A program made the position numbers and the translations under genes. The notes beneath the pieces were generated by a model, which was not told the DNA's origin, ran no database searches, and saw only the letters and a program-made list of their open reading frames with translations. DNA of 63,622 nucleotides, filler included, from Asterionella formosa (lineage: Eukaryota): assembly GCA_002256025.1 (NCBI GenBank). It is 27 parts of 27 records of this genome, joined end to end, with 100 filler letters (N's around TTAATTAATTAA, not from the genome) between each part and the next. Parts side by side here need not be neighbours in the genome. Positions count along the whole stretch, not along the records: positions 9,361 to 26,508 come from NKIB01004541.1; positions 26,609 to 43,762 come from NKIB01004542.1; 25 more parts are not named here. One strand, 5' to 3'. This document shows, piece by piece, positions 22,341 to 35,278 of the stretch. Every line of letters starts with the position of its first letter. The stretch's first letter is position 1.

Positions 22341-24461
22341 AGAAACAAGAGGAGTACCGGCATGTAGTACCCGACGAATATTTCGCTTTAACTAGATAAA
22401 AGAGGCGGTGGTGCATTTCTTGGCAGCAGCGTACAAAGAAAGTCAATAGAAAACTCTTCATCGCGTGAAATAGTATGCCGGTTGCTACTACGTAACGGCA
22501 ATTCCCGCTCCAGCTATCGTCTTGCCATTCAGGTACTTCTAAGTAATTTTTTAAGCTCTAAGTAATTTCTATTTAAGGGCAATATGGGGCACATCGAATT
22601 TTTCGGCAATAAAATTGCCGATTTTAGCAAGACAGCCAGAATAATGGTAATATGCATAGTAGAGATGATGCAACAAGCGTAAAACAGACGAGAATGATTG
22701 TGTAACATGCAACATCAATGAAAATCGAACATGATGTTTGGAGCAACCAAAGTATGAAATGCAATGTAATAAGTAGCATCAAATAAGAAATAGAAAAAGT
22801 TGTTTTGGGTTAGAAATGAAGTAACAAATGGGAGTTTCAATGGAGACATATGCATTGCTGTGACATTGTACTTCTTACACAGGCAACATTGACCTTCCAT
22901 TATCACACAATCCTAGACCGAAATAAGAAGAAAAAAGCTGAACCCAATTTACTCCTGCATTGTTATGTAGCGTCGCTGTATAAGAAAGTCGAAAGTTCCT
23001 GTTGCAAGCCCAAATTGAGCAACGGCAGGCAGGATAGAGTGAGAATTATAATTGTGAGGACAAAATCAGGCATACAGTACGTAAAATCAATCAATATGTG
23101 AATGATAGAATTTAACATTCTGGTCTTGTAAAAATAATACCGAGTCTACAGGGATATTATTATAACGTGTTCAAAGTAAGCGTTAAAGTTTAGCTTAAAC
23201 CATACATGGTTGTTTTCAGTACCATGTACATATGTAGTCTAGATGACTACCATTAAGGCAGCATCATCACATGCATGACCGGAACAAAAACTTGCCACCA
23301 ACATCAGATGTATCGTTATCGTCATTTGTCCGAAGAAATATGGACGATGCGACTACATGAATCCCTCAAGAAGATACAAAACCCAACAACCAACTGCATC
23401 CATTTGACAACGAATCGCTACTGATGTCATCACTGAACTGATTTTGCTTCAAATCGGTCATGATGGACGACGATCGGCATGGTGAAAGGTGAATTGCCTG
23501 AGTCCACTTTTCAGGTGAATTCTAGATATAAATTATCAAAATCTGTATAGTATATAAAATGGTTTCCTTAAGTAGACCCCTTGCCGATTTCGGAATCCCA
23601 GGGCTGGAAAACCGAGGGGCGATTGGCGTCTGTTGTCTTGCCAAAATGCTAACATATGAAATACGCAAAATTAATTTTAATTATGGGCAATATCGGACCT
23701 TAGGCAATTTATGAGGTGAAGATAGAAAATATACAAAATGTACTTTGTATGATGGCCAATTGCAAGCTAAAGTTGACATTTATGCTTTATTTGTGGGTAG
23801 TAGCTAGGTAAGCGAATGACGCGACGATAGCTTGCGCGGGATTTGCCTCAACAATACCCTTCTCGGTGACCACTTGCCTTCTTGTATACATGTGTACTTG
23901 GCTGGGATGGCACTCGTAGGGTGACCTTGTTCTTGCAGTGCTGGGGGCGCCACTCTTATGACAGTCAACCTACTCAAGCCACCCAGCCTCGAACACGTGT
24001 TTACTTCCAGGCAAGAGACCACCTCAGGCGTGTATTGCCTTCAGCAATCAGTGGGGTACCTGGTACTGGTATAATAACTGAAATAATTCTTTTCACATGC
24101 AGCATGATAATACCCAGTACTCATTTACTCTGTATAAAGTAATGGTAGACTACCACCATGATGCATGATCATCAAGCAGTAAGTTTTGGAAGAAAACATA
24201 TCAAAAGTGCGAAGCAATCATGGCTGTGACCGCAGTACAACTTCAATATCCGCCCATGTCAAGCAATGATAACTAGTAAGTAAAATACAAAACACTTGTT
24301 GACACAATCACAATGATACTATATGCCGCCAGACACAGAGAAACTATTTATCAAATATTATTCTGCTATTGTGTGCTCAATCGGCTATCACGTTGGCATC
24401 TCCTGGGACCCATTGGCTGTAGCTAGGTACACGCCTGGGTTTGCTCGAGGATCACGGCAAG

Positions 24462-24830
24462 CTATTGAGAGATTGCTAGATGGGTCGATTTTTCTAGACC
24501 TTGAAACCATGTGCCACTGTAGTGAAGCCAATAATCTGCCGTCAAGCTGTCCAGTTGGGAGAGAATGCAGTCGTTGGATCTGATGTTGCCAACTGCGGCC
24601 TTGGTGGCAATGGTGGTGATGGATGCAAGGAACTCCAGTAGGTTCAATGACAGGTGTCCCCTACATTCTGTTGGAATTTCGAATCGCCAGGCTTGGCCCA
24701 ATGTGAGGGAGAACCCTCCGATTCCGTGTTGGCAGGCGTCGGCATGCAGGAGAATGGTGGGAACGCGTAGTTTCAGACGGTTTAGGCTCATTCGTTGGCT
24801 TTGCGGTACATAAGAAATTGAGCCATTGCC
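24462..24830 (-). mobile_element. DIRS/Ngaro-like retrotransposon RNase H relic
   Basis: ADACQHGIGGFS...AWRFEIP...SLNLLEFLASI...DCILSQLDSLTADYWL matches the D...E...D pattern of RNase H in YR retrotransposons. Confidence 0.7.
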
Positions 24831-24929
24831 TCAATTCGCCCTTTTGTACCCCAACCCTAACCCTAACAGTCGCACTTGAAATTGCGAATAAAATCGCGAT
24901 GCTCGATGCACGATACAATGATGAGTCTG

Positions 24930-25280
24930 AATTACAGAACATGCGCGCACAGCCTTATTAGCACGATATCCAAGATGTGCACAACGTGCACAAGCTATCC
25001 ACAACGTGTGCACAACCTATGAAAATAAAGGCTCTTTAGAAAAGCCTTACTTGCATCAGGCGCTTTTTGATCCGACTTAACAGCACGAAATCCACAATGT
25101 GCACAACATGTACCAGGTACAACCATTAAAGTGCTGGCTCTGTAGAACAGCCTTATTAACCTCAGGCGCTTTTTGCGCCGACTTAATTTAGCACGATATC
25201 CAGAACCTGCACAACCTAACAAAGTAGAGGCTCTTTAAACCAGCCTTATCTAGCTAAGGCGCTATTTGCGCAGACTAAGA
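24930..25280. repeat. Imperfect tandem repeats (GCACGATATCC..TGCACAAC..GGCTCT..AGCCTTA)
   Basis: The motif blocks recur three to four times at roughly 120-bp spacing. Confidence 0.55.
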
Positions 25281-26422
25281 GCCTCGCCACCGCATCGACC
25301 ATATTCCAAAGCCAATTGCAGTTGAAAATATCAATAAACGTCACTTGGTTGAGAAATTTTTTATCAATAGTCGAATTTTTCATATTTTTTCCCACCGCAT
25401 TGACCAAATCCTAGAAGAATCAAATCTTGCGCCGAAACTTTTAGCGAATAGAAATAGCACTAGAATGTTATTACGCGTGTGTATCGTTATATTAATAAAC
25501 CCGATTACTAGCAATAAGAAAATGATGGGACGCACTGCGTGGTTTGTGGTAGCATACCAGGGTACTCATCCATATGTATCTGCCTGATGAAATGAACAAC
25601 GAGAGCGACTCATCAGATGACGACCGCTCCTACACTTCCGTACATACCAGTTAAACATACCTATACAGGAAGAAAACGAGAAAAGGCAACCGAAGGAGGA
25701 GGCGGAGGATCAAAGGAAGTCGCTTAGCTACCGGTAGTCTGTACCTGTAGTTTTTAGAATAATTGTAGCACCACATTTCCTGTAAATTCCTTATTCTTAC
25801 GTAGCTAGTACTACGCCTAACTGCCCATCAAAAACTAATATGACTATGCATTTGTATATTGGTATTCTAGAATAGAAAAACCTTCCGTTTTTCCAATTAG
25901 CTAGAGTGATAGCCTAGCTTTCTAATCAATCATACTAGCATTGACATGTAATCTATATTATTTTTCCTTCATTTGGAATCATCTACTACATCAAAATCAT
26001 CAGTGGTGGATGACAGGTGGGACAGTGGAGTACTGGAAGCACTTGAATTATTGAGATGCAATTGGATCACACCTAATGCCTCCTTCATTTTGTTCCATTA
26101 AACGACATTGCCTTTATTGGCGTGAAACCCTTCATTAAATGGCACAACTCTCTTGGATACATTTTTGAAATTCTTCGGCAGATTAATCAACCATCGACAC
26201 AGTAAACTGTTACACAATATACCCATGGCATGCAAGGGAAAAAGATATCGATACTAGCCAGGGACATGCAGCAGTCTGCCAACAATGACACATCACGGTA
26301 CACCACGAGGAACAATGCTGCCTTGACGAAACTCGCACATTGCTATCGATTGTTGCTCTTGACAGCGCCAAAATAATCCAACTTTGGTTTTGTCTGCAAC
26401 CAACAATGAATCATCTTCGTTG

Positions 26423-26507
26423 GCTGCTGCTCCTGCTGCTCCTGTTGCTCCTGCTGCTCCTGCTGCTCCTGCTACTCCTGCTGCTCCTGCTACTCCTGCT
26501 GCTCCTG
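26423..26507. repeat. (CTGCTGCTC)n 9-bp microsatellite at contig end
   Basis: Directly visible. Confidence 0.9.
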
Positions 26508-26608
26508 TNNNNNNNNNNNNNNNNNNNNNNNNNNNNNNNNNNNNNNNNNNNNTTAATTAATTAANNNNNNNNNNNNNNNNNNNNNNNNNNNNNNNNNNNN
26601 NNNNNNNN

Positions 26609-28326
26609 AACCCATCATAGACCTGATCAAAGCAGTCAAGAAAAAGGAAGTTCGAAAACAAGGAAAGGCAACATCAGCAGTGCGACCACTAGAGGCAGAA
26701 GAGTTTGCTTCGACATTGAATTTATTACGAAAATAACCTGAAATTCTATGACGATTTCAAATGCCTGCTCTATGCACCTTCCAGTTCCACATGATTGGAC
26801 GCATTGACGATTGCTGCAAATTCTTGAAAGAAAATTTGACAAGCAACCGGCGCTTTCTCTTTACATTGGCAGCTAAGCTCTGCTGGTCAAAGAATGTGAA
26901 AGAGGAGCGTGAGGCACCAAAGCAAGTCCTTATCGGTTTAATGTTCACAATCTACTGTGTTCTACTTACTTTGGCTGTGCACCTTGAAACGTCCATCGAA
27001 AGCAGTGTTTCGCAAACCAGCCGCTTTGTCTTCGATATTCAAACTGACTCCCCCCAAAACTCAAAGAACAGAGCATATTAGATCCTGCGAGACGATGTTT
27101 GGGCAAAGAGTGAGTTCGAGAAAGTTATGACAGGTCCCATTGGAACTCACAGCCTCCGCAAATATCCGTTGACGCACGCACAAAGAAATGGATGCTCCAG
27201 GGATGATATTGACTTCCGCGGGCGCTGGAAAAGGCATACAAGGCAAGTGGATACGTACATAAATGTAGAACTCCCCTACCCTGATGCCAAGGTGGCAGCA
27301 GCACTTTGGATTAGTGGAGCATGCAAATATGTCATGAAGGAATCAAACGGAGTGTCAGACAGCTGGCTTTTACAGTATTTGGTCCCAAATATTTGCACTG
27401 AGTACGCACGTGACGTTGCACTGGTGCTGGCACCTCCACTTTTGTGGGCAGTGTTTGAGCCTACACTGCAGAATTACCTGCCTCAATCACTAACGCGTCG
27501 GATTAAAGCTGCATATGAAGTCATATGTCCTCCTCTTCAGCAGAACATCGACAACAATAATCCAGTTGAGCGGCGACTGATTGTTGTTAATGGTTGAGAG
27601 GCGCAGGTGTATTTCGATGAGGTTGGAGCTGATGTGGAGGTTGCAGTAGACAATGGTGTGGCTGCTGGTGGCGGAACAACAAAAACAACAACCAGAGGTG
27701 AAGGACGAGGTGGACAACAAGCTCGAGCTGCCGGGCATAGTCGAAACAAGATCCTTGGGCTGTACTATCAGCAGAGTGAGACACAACATGTGATGATACA
27801 GTTACAGGCACAAGCGGGATGCAACCAGGTTACAGTTATGCAAACTACCCTTTCAAGAATGTCACAGATGCCATCACAAAGATTAGCAGCAGGTAACCAA
27901 ACTTCGGCAGCTGCCAGCACCGCAAATGTGGTATGCAATGCAAGCAATAATAAACAAGTTGATGCTACAGCTGATCCAGACATGATGGATGTGGAGGATG
28001 GAGGTAGCAATTATGTCAGTAGCCTTTCCAAGGCACCAAAGACACTATTTGTTCTTTGGCAGGAATTCGAAGTTGGAATTGGGGGACGAAAGGCAGCTAG
28101 ACTATTTACAATGGTTGAGAGGGGAAGAGTCAAGGTGCAGTATTGTTGGCGTCAGGTTATGTGGGATACTGTGGCTGCCTTAGTTCGAGCTGGATTGCTT
28201 CACTGCTCATACTGCAATTGACAAAATATATGAGGTCTATGGTCAAGATAAAATGTAACACAGATTGTCAATCAAATGATGCAAGATCATTGCACTGGTG
28301 CTAGTCATCCACAGCTTCGCATTTAA
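26609..28326 (+). mobile_element. Degenerate Crypton-like DNA transposon (tyrosine recombinase plus GCR1_C-like C-terminus)
   Basis: HMIGRIDD (catalytic R), GTHSLRKY (HxxR), RGRWK...VDTY (W/Y); C-terminal LSKAPKTLFVLWQEFEVGIGGRKAARLFT. Several in-frame stops and frameshifts. Confidence 0.75.
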
Positions 28327-28852
28327 ATAATTACATTTACTAGCATGCTTGATTTTTTACATTAGCTACATTCATTGCTTGTGTTCACTTCATTTCCGGC
28401 ATGTTGACAGTATAGAATGGAAATACCGGTACCCATAAAATGCGATAGAGTCGTATTCCCGGTACCTGTTACCTGGTAGGGTACCTGGTATACCAGCAGG
28501 ATTACCACCAGAAGCTAAATGCATACCGGTATAATTAAGCAGAAGGAAAATACACGATGAAGCAAGCAGCAACGGTACCAGGTACCGTATGATCATTGTC
28601 GCTAGCTTGTGCACTGTACTACTGGTACCAGGTTGTTAACTACTATCGCTAGCTTCCACTACGGGTTTAATTAACTGGGAGTTTAATTTTTTACGACTTG
28701 GTACGTTCCCGGTAAATGTATACCGGTACGGCATAAAAATTATAATTTTGCGCCATGATTGCTTACCGGTACATGTAGAATTTGATAGACCGCAGGTACT
28801 GAAGTCCACGTTGTATATTTGTATGTAGATTATCGACTGTAGCTCTAACCCA

Positions 28853-30356
28853 ATGACCATGATGATGGTTCGTATAGTTGTCCTTCTCCTAGCGGTTGCA
28901 TTGGTTACGATCGCCCAAGACAGCGAGCAAACGTGCCTAGCCAATGGAGCTCCTTGTGGCTGTCGTGATGAGCACAAATCCTGTAAACATCGGAAAACGT
29001 TGGGTGAATGGTACGAGTGCTGACATTAAGCATAATATTTAGAGGCCTGCCTCTATTTGACAAAGTACAATAATTCACTTTTGTCTCATTTCCCGTGCAG
29101 TGAAAATAATGCCTCGTGGATGAATATTAATTGTCGCGCGAGCTGTAGGGTGTGTGATCCTAGTCAAGTTGATTTGGGCTTGCCCCAACAGGTTGACGCC
29201 AAGCTTAAAGCAGAAACAGAAGCGATCATGGCCAAGGCCAGAGCCTATGTTGAACGCATTGCTAATGATGAGTTTCTCCGACGAGCTTTACCAGCATGCA
29301 AGAATCTTCACGAGTCATGTGCGTTTTGGGCTATAACAGGAGAGGTGAGACTTTTCTTTGTTCATGCTTGTTCTCTCTGAGGATCACTTGTTGGCGACGG
29401 CTTACCTCCACTCGCTTGAATTGCATGCAGTGCACCAAAAATCCTGCCTACATGGAGCGAACCTGTGCTCCAGTATGTGAAAGCTGCGACCAGGTCACTG
29501 TCGAAACACGCTGCCCTATCGATCCCGATGCTCCAAATGCATGGGTCCCTGGGGATTTGGAGGAAATGTTTATCAACATCACGACTTTTCCTGAAAACCA
29601 AAAGTACAGCCCAAAAATACATTCCCGACCAACCATGGTGGAAGGCGATAGTATTTCCACTATTGACTACAAGATCGGTCCATGGGTTATTGTCTTGGAA
29701 AACTTTATAACTGACGAAGAATGTGACCGCTTAATTGAGTTGGGAATGGCGGCCGGCTATGAGCGTTCTGCCGATGTTGGGAAAATGAAGATTGATGGAA
29801 CTTTTGAGGCAGATCTAAATGATAGACGTACTTCAAAGAATGCGTGGTGTCAGAATGACTGTTATGATGATCCAATGGCCAAGAGCATCATATACCGGAT
29901 TGGAAATCTTACTGGTATCCCTGAAGAAAATTCTGAGTCCTTGCAGCTCTTGCAATACGAAGTTGGACAGTACTATAGAACCCACCATGATTATATTGAG
30001 CATCAGGTAACACGTCAACAAGGAGTCAGGTTATTGACTGTATTTCTGTACTTGAACGATGTTGAAGCTGGTGGGGGGACCAACTTCCCCATGTTGGATA
30101 TTACTGGTATGTTCATTACTTAATTACATCCTTTTCTGGACAAAATTTCTTATCCTTCCCTTCTTTCTATTTTGCAGTCATGCCAAAGAAGGGACGTGCT
30201 CTCATTTGGCCTTCAGTGAAAAACGAAAATCCAGATGAAAAGGATGGGAGAACAATACATCAAGCATTGAAGGTTGAGAATGGAATCAAATATGGAGCCA
30301 ATGCATGGCTTCATCAACGTGATTTCAAAGGGCCAAACAAAAATGGTTGCCAGTAG
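28853..30356 (+). CDS. ShKT-domain prolyl 4-hydroxylase (4 exons)
   Basis: Signal peptide; ShKT motifs (CRDEHKSC, CKNLHESCAFWA..GEC); RTSKNAW, LQLLQYEVGQYYRTHHDY, TVFLYLNDVEAGGGTNFP, TIHQA..KYGANAW; GT-AG introns. Confidence 0.9.
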
Positions 30357-31074
30357 ATCGACCATTGAATATCCCCTGTAGATATGCACAGCAATAAAAC
30401 AAGAATGCATTGCTATTATGGCCCATTCATCAGCTTGCAAGGGATTTGACAAAGCATTCCACTGACTCTCTGTTAGATTCTCATTATACTGCTGGCCAGA
30501 CTACTTTGGTGGACCTAGGGACTATCATGGGTTATTTGCATCATTCACGTGTCAATTCTTAGGAAACTTTGGTGTACTAGTTACAAGAAACTACATTCTC
30601 ATTTTCCAGGGTACCTGACTTTCGAAGTTGAAATGCTACCAACAAACTACTGATAAAAATAACATTGTCCAAGACTGCAGATGGAGTTCAAAGTTTCTGT
30701 CATTGCCATGGAAAAATTCATTGAAAATATTTTTAAATTTAAGACCAAAGTTCCTGCTGCTGTATATTCTTAATAGTCTACCCAAATATTCTGTGTTGAT
30801 TTCCTACTGATTCTAAAGGAACCACTAAAAAATATTCTGATTCTATGGAGTCTCCTTATTGCCATCATGTATCCTCCTAGTATTTGACTCATTCATAAAA
30901 TGGCTTGTTGTACTAGACTGCTCCCTGAATTAGAAATCTATTGACCCTTCCACTGTATCTGGTGTGAATGCGTGTATTTTGAATGTTAATTCTCTCCCCT
31001 CTAGTATTAGTCGATGCATACAAATGTATCTGTTTGTCTGCAGCAAAAATATGAAAGTTTGTGCAGGATGGTAA

Positions 31075-31152
31075 GGAGTGTGGGAGTCGAACCCAACAAT
31101 TGCTTCTAAAAAATTGCGGGAGTCGAACCTCACCACCACTAAGCCATTCCCT
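31075..31152 (-). ncRNA. tRNA-like module, copy 3 (internally deleted, with a second B-box)
   Basis: Reverse complement AGGGAATGGCTTAGTGGT-GGTGAGGTTCGACTCCCGCAATTTTTT matches copy 2 with the middle deleted. A second GGGTTCGACTCCC follows. Confidence 0.5.
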
Positions 31153-31518
31153 CGGTTTGTGAGATTAAATATTTGCATTTTAAATGGGATTCGCTGCAGA
31201 GCATGGTGATTCACAGCGCAGGGGTGTGATGTGAATCATAGACTGATCGGCTCACAGCGATTCATCCAACTTAGTTTAGAGTGCTCATAATAAATAAAAT
31301 AGATCAGACGCTATTTGCTACTAACTAAATTTAGCTTTACCTAAATTCGCCAAATAAAGAAGAATATCCTGAATCCATCACTTAAGTGTCGGATTCATTA
31401 GCTAAGACAAGACACTACCATTTCAACCAGAAGTTCCTTGAGACTTCAAGGAAGAGTTGCCAAAAAGGATAAATCAAGTTCTGATTCGGAATTGGAAGAA
31501 GATAGCTTCAACCTAAGC

Positions 31519-32420
31519 ATGTCCACACTTTCGACAGGTCCAAGCCAAAGCTGCAATCCATGTAAATTTGCCAGCTCAGGTAGCTCATAACAGTGTGCAA
31601 TTATAAACATTCTTGTACAACTTTCTCAAGCCCACCAAAGCATGAACGCTGAAGGTGGCATCAGCGTTTGATGAGTCTCTATGCCATATTGGAACGCCAC
31701 CCATCAACATGAGTGCATGCTTTCTCAAGCTTGTTTTCATGAGATGCACTGTAGATACCCGATAAACAGTATCCACAATTCGAAAAAACTTCGCCAGTAT
31801 GGATGGATAAATGCTCACTGTCAACAGCAACGTTGAAGTATTTAGTCAGCATGGTTTGGCAGCACAGCGTGATTTGCTGGCTACCCATTGTGAGACATCT
31901 AATGATTTACTCACTAATCTGTTCACCACGGCATATGAGACACTACAGGACCAGCCATTTCATCAGGACATTGCAGGACTGGAGAACAAGTACAATGATG
32001 GTAGATTGAATTTCGATGCAGATGCCCTTATGGAGTATGCAATAAATACCAACAGCGCAAGATGCACAGATTGTAGCCCCTACAGCATAAGTCAAGAAAC
32101 ACTCTCATGAGGATAAAGTTGCTACTGCGCTGCCCAAGCCATTCAAGAAGCAAGAAGAGATCTCTCCTGGCTGGCTCCAATAGTGGTAAATTTGCTTGGA
32201 AAGAGACGCCCCTAAAGGAATAAGGAGAGGCAAAAATCAAGAAATTTCAGGGTAAAACATACCATTTGGTGCCCTTGCTTATACTATTCACACCCCAGAT
32301 CAGTTTAAATTGGTTAGCAAGCTGAAAAAAGAACCGGTGAAGACGTCAAAGGCTCCACCCAATGTCGGAGCGTTCGTCAGATTTTATGAGGATGAAGAAA
32401 ATGAGGAATATGAAAGAGGC
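31519..32420 (+). pseudogene. Degenerate diatom copia (CoDi-like) gag
   Basis: FLKLVFMRCTVDTR*TVSTIRKNFASMDG*MLTVNSNVEVF...ETSNDLLTNLF..AYETLQDQPF resembles diatom copia Gag and carries many stops. Confidence 0.6.
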
Positions 32421-33404
32421 CAGAGACAGGGGATAATACGATGATAACATACTATCAATGTCATGTTCTACTGTCTCTGTGGGCCAATGAATTGGGTAAG
32501 TTTATTGGATTGGGATTTTTTTAACATGGTGGCCACAATCACCATTCCCGTGATCAGTACCATGTTGATCTTTTGGTTGCTGAAAAGTGAAACAAGCAAC
32601 AAAAGTCCAGCATTGGTACCCAATTTTATGTCAATTAAGAAAATTTATCACATAAGAGCTATCCAATAATCGCACTTGGGCCCAAATAATTGTATAGGTT
32701 ATCTCTTTCTTCCCATTGGGTACTTTGCTTGATGAATACCACATTGGTCAAGTTGCAATGTTGATCCAATTGTTCTGCTTTCTCAGGATGCTCTGGCTTG
32801 AGCAAACAAGTTTTCTTTCTGAATGCAGCTGTATTTGTTAGTGATCTCTGTGGATTTGGCAAGACAACTGTTTTTCGCTCCATTCTTGTTGGTCTCTTCT
32901 GGAATATCCATCAGTGAAATCTCCATATTGGATATTTAGGAGTCATAGGAGGACTTTGAATTTCACTCTTTTCAACATCCATGTTCTTCATTGGACACTC
33001 TGGTACTTTCATGGGGTCCATGTTTATGCTCTGACTGAGGCTGTCTGGAGACTTAAATGATCTCTTGGTACCTGATGTTTTCGATGTCGAAATGCATATG
33101 CATTGATTGCTAGTAAAAATTTAAACATTGCTTGGAAATATATATATAATACCTTTGCTGAATTGTTCTATTAAGGTCACCTTGATCGGATGATGCATGT
33201 GACAGATTGGATCATGCCTGCATACAAAGCAAAATTATTACATTCAAAACATGAAAAACAGCTGCAGATATGAGCATCTCAAAGTAGCTATCATGACTTT
33301 TTTAAGCTAAGTGCAATGCCTTTATGGGGTCACTTAACAAAAATACTTGAGCTAAAGCAATCCTGATGAAAGAAATAGCATTATAGCATTACAAGCATCA
33401 CCCT

Positions 33405-33989
33405 CTAGAATGTGGCGCTCGTCAAGACAGTCAAGACGTCTTGATCCCAGAACTCTCGGTAAGACATAATTAGGCCTGTCGACGCATCTCGGGCCAGGAC
33501 AACCTTGCCTGTCAGACTAACCTTAGGCTGAAAAGGAACGTTGAACACCAAATCCTCGTCAAACAAAAAGTAAATTTGTTCTTTTGAAACATTGACATCT
33601 CCGACCAATCGTACAGTTGACTTTTCTCCTCGAAATAGCTTTTGTGTTCCTTGGATCCACTTGTCTAATGCGTAAGTATCGATCTCATCTGTAAATGTTG
33701 ACGATTCATCGTAGATTTGTCGAGTTAGCTGACCTGTTGCCAGAAATTGTTTCTCAAGAATATCTTTCTTGACTATCTCTTTGAGTTTTTCATCGGGAAG
33801 ATTCACAAATTTTTCGTCAGCAGCGAAAACCGGATGCAAAGGGACCAATGATGTTGCTGCAATTGTAACAGTAGCAGAGACACCTTGCTTCCAAAACTGA
33901 GATCGCGACATCTCAGGAGCAAACCCAAGTGCTAGTTGGGCGGACAAAGAAGCAATGGCTACCACTCTCATGCTAGTGGACAGCATCAT
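33405..33989 (-). CDS. Plastid (probably thylakoid-lumen) SnoaL/DUF2358-like protein
   Basis: Signal peptide ending ALG-FAP, then SRSQFW, a hydrophobic stretch and VFA. Mature part contains QFLATGQLTRQIYDE..FTDEIDTY...SYREFWDQ. Confidence 0.75.
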   Translation of the reverse strand: MMLSTSMRVVAIASLSAQLALGFAPEMSRSQFWKQGVSATVTIAATSLVPLHPVFAADEKFVNLPDEKLKEIVKKDILEKQFLATGQLTRQIYDESSTFTDEIDTYALDKWIQGTQKLFRGEKSTVRLVGDVNVSKEQIYFLFDEDLVFNVPFQPKVSLTGKVVLARDASTGLIMSYREFWDQDVLTVLTSATF

Positions 33990-35278
33990 TTGTTTGAGGG
34001 AAAGCCAAGCGAGTGAGAAAGAATGTGGAGAATTAGTCGCATTTTAGGACGGTGAGATGTTGCGCTCTTATTTTAGTCTATCATGAACCGATTGACACCT
34101 GTTCTGTACGGTACATGACGGAATGCGCAACTGCGAAAGTGGCGAGGATGCATGATGGGAAGGAAGAAAACGACGTGGTATGGCTGCTCGTGATGATTAT
34201 TGGAACCGTTATATGTCCGGTTACATGCAACAACCGTAGAACGACAGATGCTCTTTTCGTATTAAAATTATCACATGTACTATTGACATGTTGCATTCTG
34301 TTTCCCGCAAATATTTGCTGAATGGCCGGCAAATATAAAACAGCATTTGGCGATATGTACATGAATCACGCTATCGATATACCGGTAATTAGTGATTACG
34401 AGTTTATGTACACTACCGGTATGTTATCGATAAATGTATGTTAAATTGGTTTCGAATACCGGTAATTTATTTTAAGTCTAAAATTTTAATCATTGATTAC
34501 GAGATTATAGTCACGTCTAAATAACTACCAGGTACCAGTAAATGTAATAAAAAACCCTTTTTTCGAGTAAACCGACCCTCACGTAGAATGATTCTAATTT
34601 TCCTACGTAATCCGTCCTAAAAATAAGCTGCTCGGCACTTGAGTCGCTGCAAATTGACGCAATTGTTTTCGCCCAGAGGTGGTAACTGGTCCTACTGGTA
34701 GTACGATCACCTCTGGCGGCGCACATGCTACGAATGAGTCTATGAGGTACCTGCTGCTCGTTGTCACTGTACCTTGTACATGGATACCAGGTACTGGTAC
34801 CGTACTCCGAACTCCGGAGTGCCAGCTTACCGGTACGTATGTTAGGTACCTGGTACTGGTAGGGTGTCAAAGGAGTCTAAGAAGAGCAAGGCACCACCAC
34901 AGCACGGGATCGCTCACCTGGTGGTCCTGGTTCGTGACCCGCAGGTATACTTCATAAAATCTGTTGTTTGGAGGTGGAACCAGGCAGGGGCGGCGCGCGG
35001 AGTCCCATATGTAGACATTCACAGCTGAATACTTTTATAACGCTTCCATCGAGGCTCGCAATTCCATTTTTCCCGTTAATAACTGTTTACTATACAACAA
35101 GCAACTGCCCATCTCGATCGCCTCATTTAGCCTAAGTGAAAGCCAATCGGTCTCGCAAAAACACCGCCAAAAGTGACAAGGAAACTCTCACTTTTTGTTC
35201 ATCCGTCAGAAAGCGTACAATCGCCTATTCGCTCGTCAACAATTTACATATTTTAATATCAATTAAATCAGCTTCACC

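Noticed and set aside
25584..25620. CTGATGA...TCATCAG as a hammerhead ribozyme or C/D snoRNA
   Set aside because: There is no correctly placed GAAA core with three stems, and no D box with a terminal stem.
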